Below, one piece after another: positions 20,752 through 30,609 of a stretch of DNA of 64,000 nucleotides. The stretch's first letter is position 1; each line of letters opens with the position of its first letter. The position numbers and the translations under genes are program-made. Location: positions 632-64,631 of the forward strand of contig CAZQYU010000001.1 in the NCBI GenBank assembly GCA_964597585.1, read 5' to 3'. This DNA comes from an uncultured Thermoanaerobaculia bacterium. GTDB lineage: Bacteria; Acidobacteriota; Thermoanaerobaculia; Thermoanaerobaculales; Sulfomarinibacteraceae. Below the pieces are notes generated by a model, which was not told where the DNA came from, searched no databases, and was given only the letters and a program-made list of their open reading frames with translations.

Positions 20752-22068
20752 ATGGACGGAGCCGGGGAACTCGATCGGGAACGCCGCCAAGATCCTCGCG
20801 CGGAGTTGCACGTCGAGCTCATGTACGACTCGTTCTCCTCCTTCCTCAGTGTCGCCGCGGGCAATCTCTCCCGCGGCGGCATGTTCCTCACCGTCCCGGA
20901 TCCCGCTCCCGCCGGTACCCGGCTGTCCTTCGAGGCGCGCCTCCGTGACGGCTCGAGTCTCATTCGTGGCCAGGGCGAGGTGGTGTGGACGCGGACCGAG
21001 GTCACCGCGGGCCTGCCGACAGGCATGGCGATCCGGTTCACCCGCCTGACCGCCCAGGCGAGGGAGCTTATTGCCCGCCTGCTCGAGCAGTACCCGGACG
21101 GCAAGAGCGGGAGCGTGCGCTTGGGAGGCGTCCGGCTGGGCAAGGCGAGAGCACTCGTCGGGACCGCCCCGGCGCCGGTCGAACGGTCCCTTCCTCTGGG
21201 AGAGCCTCTCGCTCCGGAGCCGTCGCCGGCCGACAGGGATCGGCCAGACCGACCTCCGGTCCTGCCCGAGCAGGAAGGCGTGCCCCGCCGCGCCTTGAAC
21301 GAGGAGGCACAACCGACCACTCAACCCCACGAGCGCGCGCCGGAGATCCGAGTCACCGACGAGGTCGGATCGGAGTTCGATTTCACGCTGCCGCCGTGGG
21401 AGACCGAGGAGATCCCCGCCGAGCTGCGGCCGCCGAACCCTGTCCGCATGATTTTGATCGCCCTCGCGGTCCTTTGTCTCATGCTGGTCGTGATCTACCT
21501 CGGACCGCTCAACCTGATCGAGAGTGTGGGGCACATCGGCTCAGCGATCTCGCACCGCCTCATGCCGCAATCCTCGACACGTCCGACCCCTGCCACCGTG
21601 CAGCGCGCCGGTTCGGTCGAGCTCGGGCCCAACCACGATGCCGCGGCCGCTCCGAGTGCCGCGTCCGAGGACGGCGGCTCCCAGGCCGCAGACACGACTG
21701 AAAGGTCCGGGCAGACTGCTGCATCCGCATCGTTGATCGTCGACAGGGTCGCGTGGCGCCGCGACGCCGCCGGCGTGGTGGTCACGGTGGAGGCGAACCG
21801 TGACATCCCGCGAGACGCCGTCCACTACGGGTCGTTGAGTGAACCGCCACGGTACGTCGTCCGCATCATCGGCGTCACCGACTACCGCGGGAATGCGACG
21901 CTGGAGCTTCATCGCGAGGACCTGTTGCGGATCCGGATCGGCGTGCACGGGGACCATGTGCCAGCGGAGATTGACATCGTCCTCGACCTGGGCTCGAGCT
22001 TGGTCACGGTCGAGCCGCTAGGCATTCATGGGCGTCGGGTGGAGCTCGCAGTCCGGTTCGGGGGCTGA
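20752..22068 (+). CDS. PilZ domain - transmembrane helix - AMIN domain protein
   Basis: ATG 20752 follows GGAGGGTGAAGG. PilZ motifs are RQDPR (RxxxR) and NLSRGG (D/NxSxxG). TM helix is MILIALAVLCLMLVVIYLG. The C-terminus is AMIN-like (PPRYVVRIIGV...LRIRIGVH...IDIVLDL). Confidence 0.8.
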   Translation: MDGAGELDRERRQDPRAELHVELMYDSFSSFLSVAAGNLSRGGMFLTVPDPAPAGTRLSFEARLRDGSSLIRGQGEVVWTRTEVTAGLPTGMAIRFTRLTAQARELIARLLEQYPDGKSGSVRLGGVRLGKARALVGTAPAPVERSLPLGEPLAPEPSPADRDRPDRPPVLPEQEGVPRRALNEEAQPTTQPHERAPEIRVTDEVGSEFDFTLPPWETEEIPAELRPPNPVRMILIALAVLCLMLVVIYLGPLNLIESVGHIGSAISHRLMPQSSTRPTPATVQRAGSVELGPNHDAAAAPSAASEDGGSQAADTTERSGQTAASASLIVDRVAWRRDAAGVVVTVEANRDIPRDAVHYGSLSEPPRYVVRIIGVTDYRGNATLELHREDLLRIRIGVHGDHVPAEIDIVLDLGSSLVTVEPLGIHGRRVELAVRFGG

Positions 22069-22188
22069 TGAAGGAGAGCGGGACGCTCGGGTACGGTTCG
22101 CCCGAGCTGGTTCCGCGCTACCATTCGTCATCACCAGCCGGAGCTCGAACCGGTGTCAACGACGGGCTTGAGGTAGGAGGACGGTGTC

Positions 22189-22707
22189 ATGAACGCGAGG
22201 AGACTCGGAGAGATGTTGTGCGACAAGCAGCTGGTCGACGACGAGTCACTGCGGACGGCGCTCGAGGTTCAGCGCGGTACCGGAGAGCGGCTCGGCTCAA
22301 CCCTGCTTCGCCTCGGCCTCGTCGATAGCGCCTCGCTCGCCCGCATCCTGGGCGAGCAGCTGGAAGTGGAGGCGGTGGATCCCTCGTCGGAGTTTCCGGA
22401 GGCCGACGCCCTCGCGTTGATGTCCTTCACCGATGCGATGCGCCTCGGATGCCTGCCTCTGAGGGTGCGTGAGGGCGAGCTCACAATCGCCATGACGGAA
22501 CCCCACGATGAAGGCTCATGTGCTCAGATCGCAGCACTGACGGGCACTCGCGTGCATGCCGTCGTCGCGCCCCAGATGGCGCTCTTCGAGGCGCTCAAGC
22601 GAGTTTACCGCGGCGCTTCCATAGAGGACGAGAAGGTCACGAGAATCCGGCGGGTGGCTATCGGACTCCGCGCACTCGCCGATGAGCTTGAGGGCCTTCT
22701 GGGCTAG
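22189..22707 (+). CDS. Stand-alone MshEN (T2SSE_N) c-di-GMP receptor domain protein
   Basis: The RBS is GAGGTAGGAGGA. Two tandem 24-residue motifs are separated by a 5-residue spacer (RGTGE): RLGEMLCDKQLVDDESLRTALEVQ and RLGSTLLRLGLVDSASLARILGEQ. There is no ATPase domain, and the protein is only 172 aa. Confidence 0.85.
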   Translation: MNARRLGEMLCDKQLVDDESLRTALEVQRGTGERLGSTLLRLGLVDSASLARILGEQLEVEAVDPSSEFPEADALALMSFTDAMRLGCLPLRVREGELTIAMTEPHDEGSCAQIAALTGTRVHAVVAPQMALFEALKRVYRGASIEDEKVTRIRRVAIGLRALADELEGLLG

Positions 22708-22783
22708 CAGCGCGCACCGCACAGCCCGCCGATCGCCCTTGCGTCGGGTGACCGCGGCCGGGGGGCTCTGCGGTGCGCGCTGC
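22707..22783. repeat. Long inverted repeat (20-bp arms, 19/20 complementary, 37-nt spacer) between convergent genes
   Basis: GCAGCGCGCACCGCACAGCC (22707-22726) pairs with GGCTCTGCGGTGCGCGCTGC (22764-22783). It begins inside the MshEN stop codon. A second hairpin, GATCGG-N5-CCGATC, lies at 22787-22803. Confidence 0.6.
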
Positions 22784-22892
22784 CTCGATCGGCTCCGCCG
22801 ATCTTGTGGGCAGATCACCGGGTGCGGCGGAGGCGGTCAGAGCTTTGGCCGCTGCCTGAGCCGGCGTAACGCAGGTCCGGCCGGAAGCGTCC

Positions 22893-25193
22893 TCATGCGG
22901 ATGAGCCCGCGTCGAGCTGCGACGAGGGCACGGGATGGATGGGAACGACCCGGTTCCGGCCGGCGCGCTTTGCGCGCAGCAGCGCCACGTCGGCGTCAGC
23001 GATCAGCCTTCGCGTCGACTCCTTTCCGGCGTGCTGCGGGCCGATCTGGGCGAGCCCGATCGAGATCGTGACCCTGACCGGGACGTCATGCTCCACCGCG
23101 AGCTCGAGAGTTTCGACCGTGGCTCGCGCCTTTTCAGCGACCTGCACTGCCCCCGCCAGATCCGTCTCGGGAAGGACAAACAGGAACTCTTCGCCGCCGT
23201 AGCGTCCGACTGCATCGCTGGTACGGAGCCCATCCTTGAGCGCTTGGGCGACCATCTTGAGAAGGGTGTCGCCGGCGAGGTGGCCGTAGCGGTCGTTGAC
23301 CCGCTTGAACTCGTCGATGTCGGCCATGCCGACCGAGAGAGGCCGATCGTGTCGGACCGCGCGCTGGATCTCCTGCGCGAGGATGTCCTGCACGGCCTCT
23401 CTCCGCAGAAGACCGGTCAGGCGCTCATAGGTCGCGGACTCGAACAGGCGCACGTTCTCGAGCACGCTGGCTATGGTGTGCGAGAACAGTCCCAGGAGCT
23501 CGATCTCTTCTCCGACGAAGCGAGCGCCGTCGTTCTTGGGACCGAGCAGGAGGATACCGACCAGATTGTCGCCGGAGCGCAAAGCCAGCGCCCACTGTGC
23601 GTCGAACTGCTGGAGTCGCTGTGCGATGGTGGCGCTGCGACGTCCGACCGCCTGTGCGGGAATCAGTCGTCCGGTCTGCCGAAGCATCCGGACTCCCTCG
23701 TCGTCCGGACCGAGGAGCAGCGAGTGTTCGGCATTGCCGTCGAGGTCGATGGCCGTGGAGGCGAGGCTGACCAGGATTGCGGTGCGCGGGTCGGCGACCA
23801 GGAGCGACGCCGAACGGGCGTCGAAGATGTCCCGGATCTCAGCAACCAGGTGGCGCCCCATGGCCGGGAGGCTACCGAGCGCGGGCAAGGTCTCGGCGAG
23901 CTGCGTCAGTCGCTTGCGCATGGCGATCCGTTCAGGGAACACGCGAGTGTCGATCACACGCTGAACGGCACCGCGCAGCGGGGCGAACAGGAGCCCGGTG
24001 CACAGCGCAACCGCACTGATCAGCCACACGGGGAGCCTGCCTCCGACAACCACGAGCGAGACCGCATTGCCGCCGATCCAGAGCAGGCCGAGAGCGACCG
24101 CCGCCAGAGCCAAGGTCACAATGGTGTAGACCAATCCCCTGCGCACCACGATTTCGATGTCGACGAGTCGGTAACGGAAGATCGCGATGAAGACCGCGAG
24201 AGGGTAGGCGAGCAGCGCCAGCGGTTGGACCACTGTGTCGAGCACGCCCGGCAGTGGTCGCCCCAGGGCACTGGCGAAAGTCGACACAAAGGTGTAGGTG
24301 GCCCACGGCAGCACGCCAAGCAGGACCAGCAAGGCCTGGGTCCGCTCTCGGGACGTGGTGGACCGGCGCACCTGACCGAGCATGATGAGGACGACGGCGA
24401 GCGCCCAGGTCGGGAGCAGGACGACGTCCAGAGCGACGACAACCTGGTCGGTGGTCCAGACCAACGCAGGAAAGCGGAGCGCCTCCGCGACCTCGGTGAA
24501 GACGCCAAGAGCCGCAAATGAGAGCCCAGCACCATAGAACAGCCGGCGTGGCGTGGCGCGACCGATCATCCACGGCGCACGTCGGGGGATGGCGGCCGCG
24601 AGGTCGAGCTCAAGCCCCATCTGGAGCCCGCTGAGCAGGAAGAACAGGCTCGAACCAATCACTTCGGCAAGGGTGCCGTCCGAGAGCTGCGCTGGCAGGG
24701 CGAGCTCGATCGCGACCGCGGCGGAGAACCAGAACAAGAGCCGGCTGCGCAGATCGGGCGGCTGCTGCTGGAGGGCGAGCAGTCCCAGACCCAGGTAGCC
24801 GAGCGCAGCCAGTGTGTTGATGATCAGGATGGCCCACGGCACCGAGGCGCCGGGGACCGCTTCGAGGGTCAGCTCGGCGCCATCGCGGCGAATCGTCAGC
24901 CGGGCCGGTTGACCGGCCCTGAATCCGAGCGCGGCACGGTCGTAGTCAGCGTAGTCGCGGACCCGGAGACCATCGACGGCTATCAGCCGGTCGCCGGCGA
25001 GGACGCCTGCGGACGACGCACCGAGCTCGGGATTGACGCTCTCGACGAGCAGCCCTCCCTCCCGCGCGACGGAGATCGCGAACCCGAGGCGCTGCTCCGC
25101 CATGCGACCCGCATGGTGCCACTGGAACAGGCTCATGCCGGCAACGAGCACGATCAGGGCCAGGCCCGCAGAGCGTCTGATGGAGTGTGTCAC
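22893..25193 (-). CDS. Membrane diguanylate cyclase: TM - PDZ - multi-TM - GAF - GGDEF
   Basis: The active site is GGEEF in RTSDAVGRYGGEEF, which also carries an RxxD I-site 5 residues upstream. The PDZ-like segment is LLVESVNPELGASSAGVLAGDRLIAVDG. There are about 9 further hydrophobic helices. The start is uncertain (GTG 25193 or 25229). The track start at 25493 overlaps the neighbouring gene and is rejected. Confidence 0.85.
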   Translation of the reverse strand: MTHSIRRSAGLALIVLVAGMSLFQWHHAGRMAEQRLGFAISVAREGGLLVESVNPELGASSAGVLAGDRLIAVDGLRVRDYADYDRAALGFRAGQPARLTIRRDGAELTLEAVPGASVPWAILIINTLAALGYLGLGLLALQQQPPDLRSRLLFWFSAAVAIELALPAQLSDGTLAEVIGSSLFFLLSGLQMGLELDLAAAIPRRAPWMIGRATPRRLFYGAGLSFAALGVFTEVAEALRFPALVWTTDQVVVALDVVLLPTWALAVVLIMLGQVRRSTTSRERTQALLVLLGVLPWATYTFVSTFASALGRPLPGVLDTVVQPLALLAYPLAVFIAIFRYRLVDIEIVVRRGLVYTIVTLALAAVALGLLWIGGNAVSLVVVGGRLPVWLISAVALCTGLLFAPLRGAVQRVIDTRVFPERIAMRKRLTQLAETLPALGSLPAMGRHLVAEIRDIFDARSASLLVADPRTAILVSLASTAIDLDGNAEHSLLLGPDDEGVRMLRQTGRLIPAQAVGRRSATIAQRLQQFDAQWALALRSGDNLVGILLLGPKNDGARFVGEEIELLGLFSHTIASVLENVRLFESATYERLTGLLRREAVQDILAQEIQRAVRHDRPLSVGMADIDEFKRVNDRYGHLAGDTLLKMVAQALKDGLRTSDAVGRYGGEEFLFVLPETDLAGAVQVAEKARATVETLELAVEHDVPVRVTISIGLAQIGPQHAGKESTRRLIADADVALLRAKRAGRNRVVPIHPVPSSQLDAGSSA

Positions 25194-25365
25194 TTCGGTC
25201 CTGAAGGTTGCGACAACCGTTTCGAGCACTCCGATTGTCCGCCTCGAGCCGCAGTATAGCGGGGCTGTCGCTTGCGGTGGCTCTCTCCGCGTGGATGTTC
25301 GAGACAACCGTCGGCTGCTGGCAGCAGGGAGAGGGGGTTGCGAAAGAGCGCCGGGCGGGAACTGC

Positions 25366-26025
25366 TCAGCTTCGAGGCGATACTTCCGGCCACAAGGAGC
25401 GGCCATGGAGCTCGACGTCGAGGCGCTCGGTGATCTCGTCGAGCCGGGCTTTGAGGGCAGCGCGTGCGGCGGCCGGACGCTGGTCCTCCGCAACCCACAG
25501 CGGCTCGCCGAGCTCCACCACGACCCTCGAGAACGGGGGGGCGATGATCATGTGGTCCCACGAGTGCAACCGCCAAAAGGGTCGGCTCGAGAAGCTGATG
25601 GGAATGAGAGGAATCTGAAAGGAGCGAGCGAGCTCGATTGCTCCGCGCTTCGGCTGCGCGATCGGGCCGCGGGGTCCATCAACCGTGAGACCGACCAGCT
25701 GCCCACGGCCCTCCTTGAGCCAGGTGCGAATCTGCTCGTAGGCCTCCGCGCCACCTTTCCACACGGATCCCCGAGCCGGAACGAGACCGAGCCGGGTAAT
25801 CGCCCGCGCGGCGATTTCGCCGTCAGTTGAGCGTGACGACATGGTGAGAACGCCCCGGTTCGCGATCGCAAAGATTGGGCACTGCATGCGGCCATGCCAG
25901 GTCGCCAGAACGGCACGGGGGTGCAGCTCGAGACGTTCGAGGCCGCGAATCGTGGTGCGCAGGCTCCGGCGCCAGGCCACGAGCACCAGCCCAAGCGCTT
26001 CACCGGCGAGACGGACCTTCCACAT
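25366..26025 (-). CDS. Lysophospholipid acyltransferase-like protein (DUF374 family)
   Basis: The sequences LATWHGRM...SRSTDGEIAARAITRLGLVPARGS and LTVDGPRGP match my recollection of the DUF374 family. ATG 26025 is preferred. Confidence 0.7.
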   Translation of the reverse strand: MWKVRLAGEALGLVLVAWRRSLRTTIRGLERLELHPRAVLATWHGRMQCPIFAIANRGVLTMSSRSTDGEIAARAITRLGLVPARGSVWKGGAEAYEQIRTWLKEGRGQLVGLTVDGPRGPIAQPKRGAIELARSFQIPLIPISFSSRPFWRLHSWDHMIIAPPFSRVVVELGEPLWVAEDQRPAAARAALKARLDEITERLDVELHGRSLWPEVSPRS

Positions 26026-26141
26026 GGCGCGATTGTACGACGCCGCCGTATGGCCCGTTGAATCCCGGGTGACCACCTCCTGTGGTATCATTCCCGCCCG
26101 CTGGACGCCGCTCCGGCCGCGTTCGGGTCAAGAGGCCTGCC

Positions 26142-27554
26142 ATGAACGACACATCCCGCGACATGATGGACTTCGAGCACGCTCTGATGGACAACCTTGC
26201 CGAGGAGATCACGGTTGGCTCCGTGGTCGAGGGCACGATTGCCGCCATTCACGGCGATGTCGCCCTCGTGGATATAGGCGGCAAGTCCGAGGCGGTGCTC
26301 GACCGAACCGAGCTTGACGAGCTGGGGACGGGGGACCCGGTCGAGGTGGTCGTGGTCTCGGTCGAGGACGAGGTTCGCGTGTCGCGTCGGCTCGCGCTCG
26401 AGCAGCGCTCGAAGGAGAAGCTCGGCGAGGCGCTGTCCAACGAGCTCCCGGTCGAGGGCAAAGTGGTGGGTCGCCGCAAGGGCGGTTTCGATGTCACGGT
26501 GGCAGGGATGCGCGGGTTCTGCCCGGCTTCGCACATCTCCGACCTCCGTTCGGATGACCTCGACCAGCATCTGGGCAAGACCTATCGTTTCAAAATCCTC
26601 GAGTACAGCGCTGAAGACCGCAAGCTCGTGCTGTCACGCGCGGCGCTCCTCCGCGAGGAGAAGGAGCAGGCCCGGCGTGAAGCGTGGGAACGCCTCGAGG
26701 TGGGTGCAGTGGTCGATGCCAATGTCCGTTCGCTCACCGACTTCGGCGCTTTCGTCGATCTCGGTGGTGTCGACGGTCTGGTCCACGTCACCGAGATCAG
26801 CCATCGCCGAGTCGGCAACCCGCGCGACGTCCTCGAAGAAGGCCAGCCGGTTACGGTCAAGATCCTCGACATCGACCGGGAGAAGAACCGGATCTCGCTC
26901 AGTATCAAGCAGCTCGAGAAAGACCCCTGGTCCGATGTCGGCGACACGTTTTCGGTGCGCGCTCCATTCGCCGGCGTGGTGGTGCGCAAGGCTCCGTTCG
27001 GTGCCTTCGTGGAGCTCGCCGCAGGGGTTGACGGTCTTCTGCATGTCAGTCAGCTGCCTCCGGGGCTCGAGCTCGAGGACCCCACGCTCGAGGTGGGTCA
27101 GGAGATCTCCGGCTGGATCCGCGAGGTCGATCCGGAGAACCATCGTATCGGGCTCACCCTGCGTGAAGTGCCGGACCACGACCCCTGGGAGCGTGTCGAG
27201 ATGCGCTACCAGGAAGGGCAGACCGTCGAAGGCGTGGTGGAGAACGGCTCGGACTTCGGCGTCTTCGTCGAGCTCGAGCCCGGTATCAGCGCCCTGATTC
27301 CGGCCTCGGAGCTCGGTCAGGACCGAAACGTCGATCCCCGGACCGTGTACGAGCCCGGCGCGACAGTCGCCGCCAAGGTGCTTTCGGTCGATCCTGAACG
27401 TCGGCGGATCAGCCTCTCGGTGCGGGCTCAGCAGCGCGATCTGGAGCGCCAGGAGTACCTTCAGCACATGGACCGCGGCAACAATCCCAGCGGCGGCAGC
27501 GCAATGACCGGCTTCGGGGCCCAGCTCAGGGCGGCGCTGGAGAAGAAGGACTGA
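26142..27554 (+). CDS. rpsA: 30S ribosomal protein S1 (multi-S1-domain RNA-binding protein)
   Basis: S1 OB-fold modules repeat through the protein: GSVVEGTIAAIHGDVALVDIGGKSEAVL, VEGKVVGRRKGGFDVTVAGMRGFCPAS, VVDANVRSLTDFGAFVDLGGVDGLVHVTEIS, and others. ATG 26142. Confidence 0.8.
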   Translation: MNDTSRDMMDFEHALMDNLAEEITVGSVVEGTIAAIHGDVALVDIGGKSEAVLDRTELDELGTGDPVEVVVVSVEDEVRVSRRLALEQRSKEKLGEALSNELPVEGKVVGRRKGGFDVTVAGMRGFCPASHISDLRSDDLDQHLGKTYRFKILEYSAEDRKLVLSRAALLREEKEQARREAWERLEVGAVVDANVRSLTDFGAFVDLGGVDGLVHVTEISHRRVGNPRDVLEEGQPVTVKILDIDREKNRISLSIKQLEKDPWSDVGDTFSVRAPFAGVVVRKAPFGAFVELAAGVDGLLHVSQLPPGLELEDPTLEVGQEISGWIREVDPENHRIGLTLREVPDHDPWERVEMRYQEGQTVEGVVENGSDFGVFVELEPGISALIPASELGQDRNVDPRTVYEPGATVAAKVLSVDPERRRISLSVRAQQRDLERQEYLQHMDRGNNPSGGSAMTGFGAQLRAALEKKD

Positions 27555-27569
27555 ACGCGGCAGACGATT

Positions 27570-28949
27570 TCAGGACAACCGCGCGCCGATGCGGTGCGCC
27601 GCGTCGCGAGCCTGCCGGATGCAGTCGTTGACCGAGACGCCCCGGTAGGGCGAACCCGCCACCTCGAGCCCCACTTCGCGAACGGCAGTCTCCACGGAAA
27701 CGACCCGATCGAGGTGACCGAGACGGTACTGAGCGATGCCCTCCGGCCACCGAACGATCCACCGTCGATCGGGTTCCGGACGTCCGCCGAGGACACCGTC
27801 GAGCGCAACACGGACCACCTCGTCGAGCGCGGCATCGTCGAGTCTCGCCCCCTCCGGATCGCGTGCGCCACCGACCATCGTGCGCAGGAAGAGATGGCCG
27901 GGGGGTGCCTGCTCAGGGAAGATCGCGTGACAGAAGAGCGTGCCCAGTATTCCGAGGCGCTCGACACCGGGGACGAGAAAGCCGAAGCCGTCCAGAGGAT
28001 GTCCGAACGCGGCGCGGTCGGAGTACGAGCTCATGTGGACCGCGATCGGCGCCGTCGTCATTGACTCCAGCGCGGGTACCGCCGTTGGCGCATGCTCCGC
28101 CAGCAGTCGAGCCGTGGCTCGGGCCGGCAGCGAAAGCAGCACCGAGTCGGCAACCAGGTCGACGCCCTCGCCGCGGAGGTGGAACCCCTGAGCGGTGCGC
28201 TCGAGCCGCGTGACTCTGGCCTCGAGCACAAGGCGGTCCCCGAGGCGGGCGGCGAGCCGTTCGGGCAGCTGGTTCATGCCGCCCCGAAAGGTGGTCAGCG
28301 TGCCGGCCGGTCCGGAAGGCCCACCTCCGTGTCGACCCTCGCGCCGTGCGGCGGCGATGCGGGCCAGCATCGCCCGGGTCAGCGAACCGTGCTCTGCCTC
28401 CATCGCCGCCATGCGTGGAAACGTGGCGGCGAGGGAGAGGCTCCGCGAGTCACCAGCGAAGACGCCGGTCACCATCGCGTCGACGAGGACCTCCGCTGCA
28501 CGCCGCCCAATGCGGCGGCGGGCGAAGTCGAAGACCGACTCGTCACCCTCTGGCCGCCGTCGGCCGAACGGCTCCGCCAGGACACGGAGCCTGCCGCCAA
28601 GCTCGAGAATGTCCGAGGTCAGAAACGCCAGCGGTGATGTCGGGACCCGGCGCAGGCGTCCGCCACGGACGATGAAGCGGTCTGCACCGCGACTGTCCGC
28701 GGACACGATCTCGGACCGGAGGTCGAGGGCATCGACCAGCTCGAGGGTGTCCGGCGCCGAGTCGAGGAAGCCCTGCGGACCCCATTCGAGTACGTGGCCG
28801 TCCGCCGTTTCCGACCGAATCTTGCCTCCCGGTCGCGTGTCCGCGTCGAGAACCCGGACCTCGTGGATGCCGCCGTCGAGCTCGAGCCAGGCGGCCGCGG
28901 CGAGCCCGGTGATTCCAGCTCCGACGATTGCGACCCGGCACCGCGTCAC
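27570..28949 (-). CDS. hemY: Protoporphyrinogen/coproporphyrinogen III oxidase (HemY/CgoX family, FAD-dependent)
   Basis: GTG 28949 has GGAG about 9 nt upstream. The dinucleotide fold is VAIVGAGITGLAAA, and LDADTRPGGKIRS is also present. The 57-aa track extension is rejected. Confidence 0.8.
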   Translation of the reverse strand: MTRCRVAIVGAGITGLAAAAWLELDGGIHEVRVLDADTRPGGKIRSETADGHVLEWGPQGFLDSAPDTLELVDALDLRSEIVSADSRGADRFIVRGGRLRRVPTSPLAFLTSDILELGGRLRVLAEPFGRRRPEGDESVFDFARRRIGRRAAEVLVDAMVTGVFAGDSRSLSLAATFPRMAAMEAEHGSLTRAMLARIAAARREGRHGGGPSGPAGTLTTFRGGMNQLPERLAARLGDRLVLEARVTRLERTAQGFHLRGEGVDLVADSVLLSLPARATARLLAEHAPTAVPALESMTTAPIAVHMSSYSDRAAFGHPLDGFGFLVPGVERLGILGTLFCHAIFPEQAPPGHLFLRTMVGGARDPEGARLDDAALDEVVRVALDGVLGGRPEPDRRWIVRWPEGIAQYRLGHLDRVVSVETAVREVGLEVAGSPYRGVSVNDCIRQARDAAHRIGARLS

Positions 28950-29183
28950 GCCAGCTTCTCCATCATGCTCGATCGTCGAGCTCTGCGAGCGACCTTCTCG
29001 ACTACGACAGGTACAGCGGTCGGCCAGGCCGGACGGGGAAGAGATGGTCGTGACCCGGAAGCTCGCGGACGTCCTCTGCGTGAGTGGATTGAAGCCTGCA
29101 TCGATCCTCCGGAGCCTCACACCGGGCGGTGCGACGAAAGATCAGGATAGCAGAGGCGCCGAAGCCGAGCTCATTTCCCCGGG

Positions 29184-30551
<1,368 letters not shown>

Positions 30552-30609
30552 GTCGAGTATACCTGTCGTGAAGCGGACGTGACGCGGCGGAGGTGAAGAA
30601 TCTCAACGC

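Noticed and set aside
22935-24521. 528-aa plus-strand ORF opposite the GGDEF gene
   Set aside because: It has no recognisable motifs, whereas the minus-strand frame encodes PDZ, GAF and GGEEF. It is a shadow ORF.
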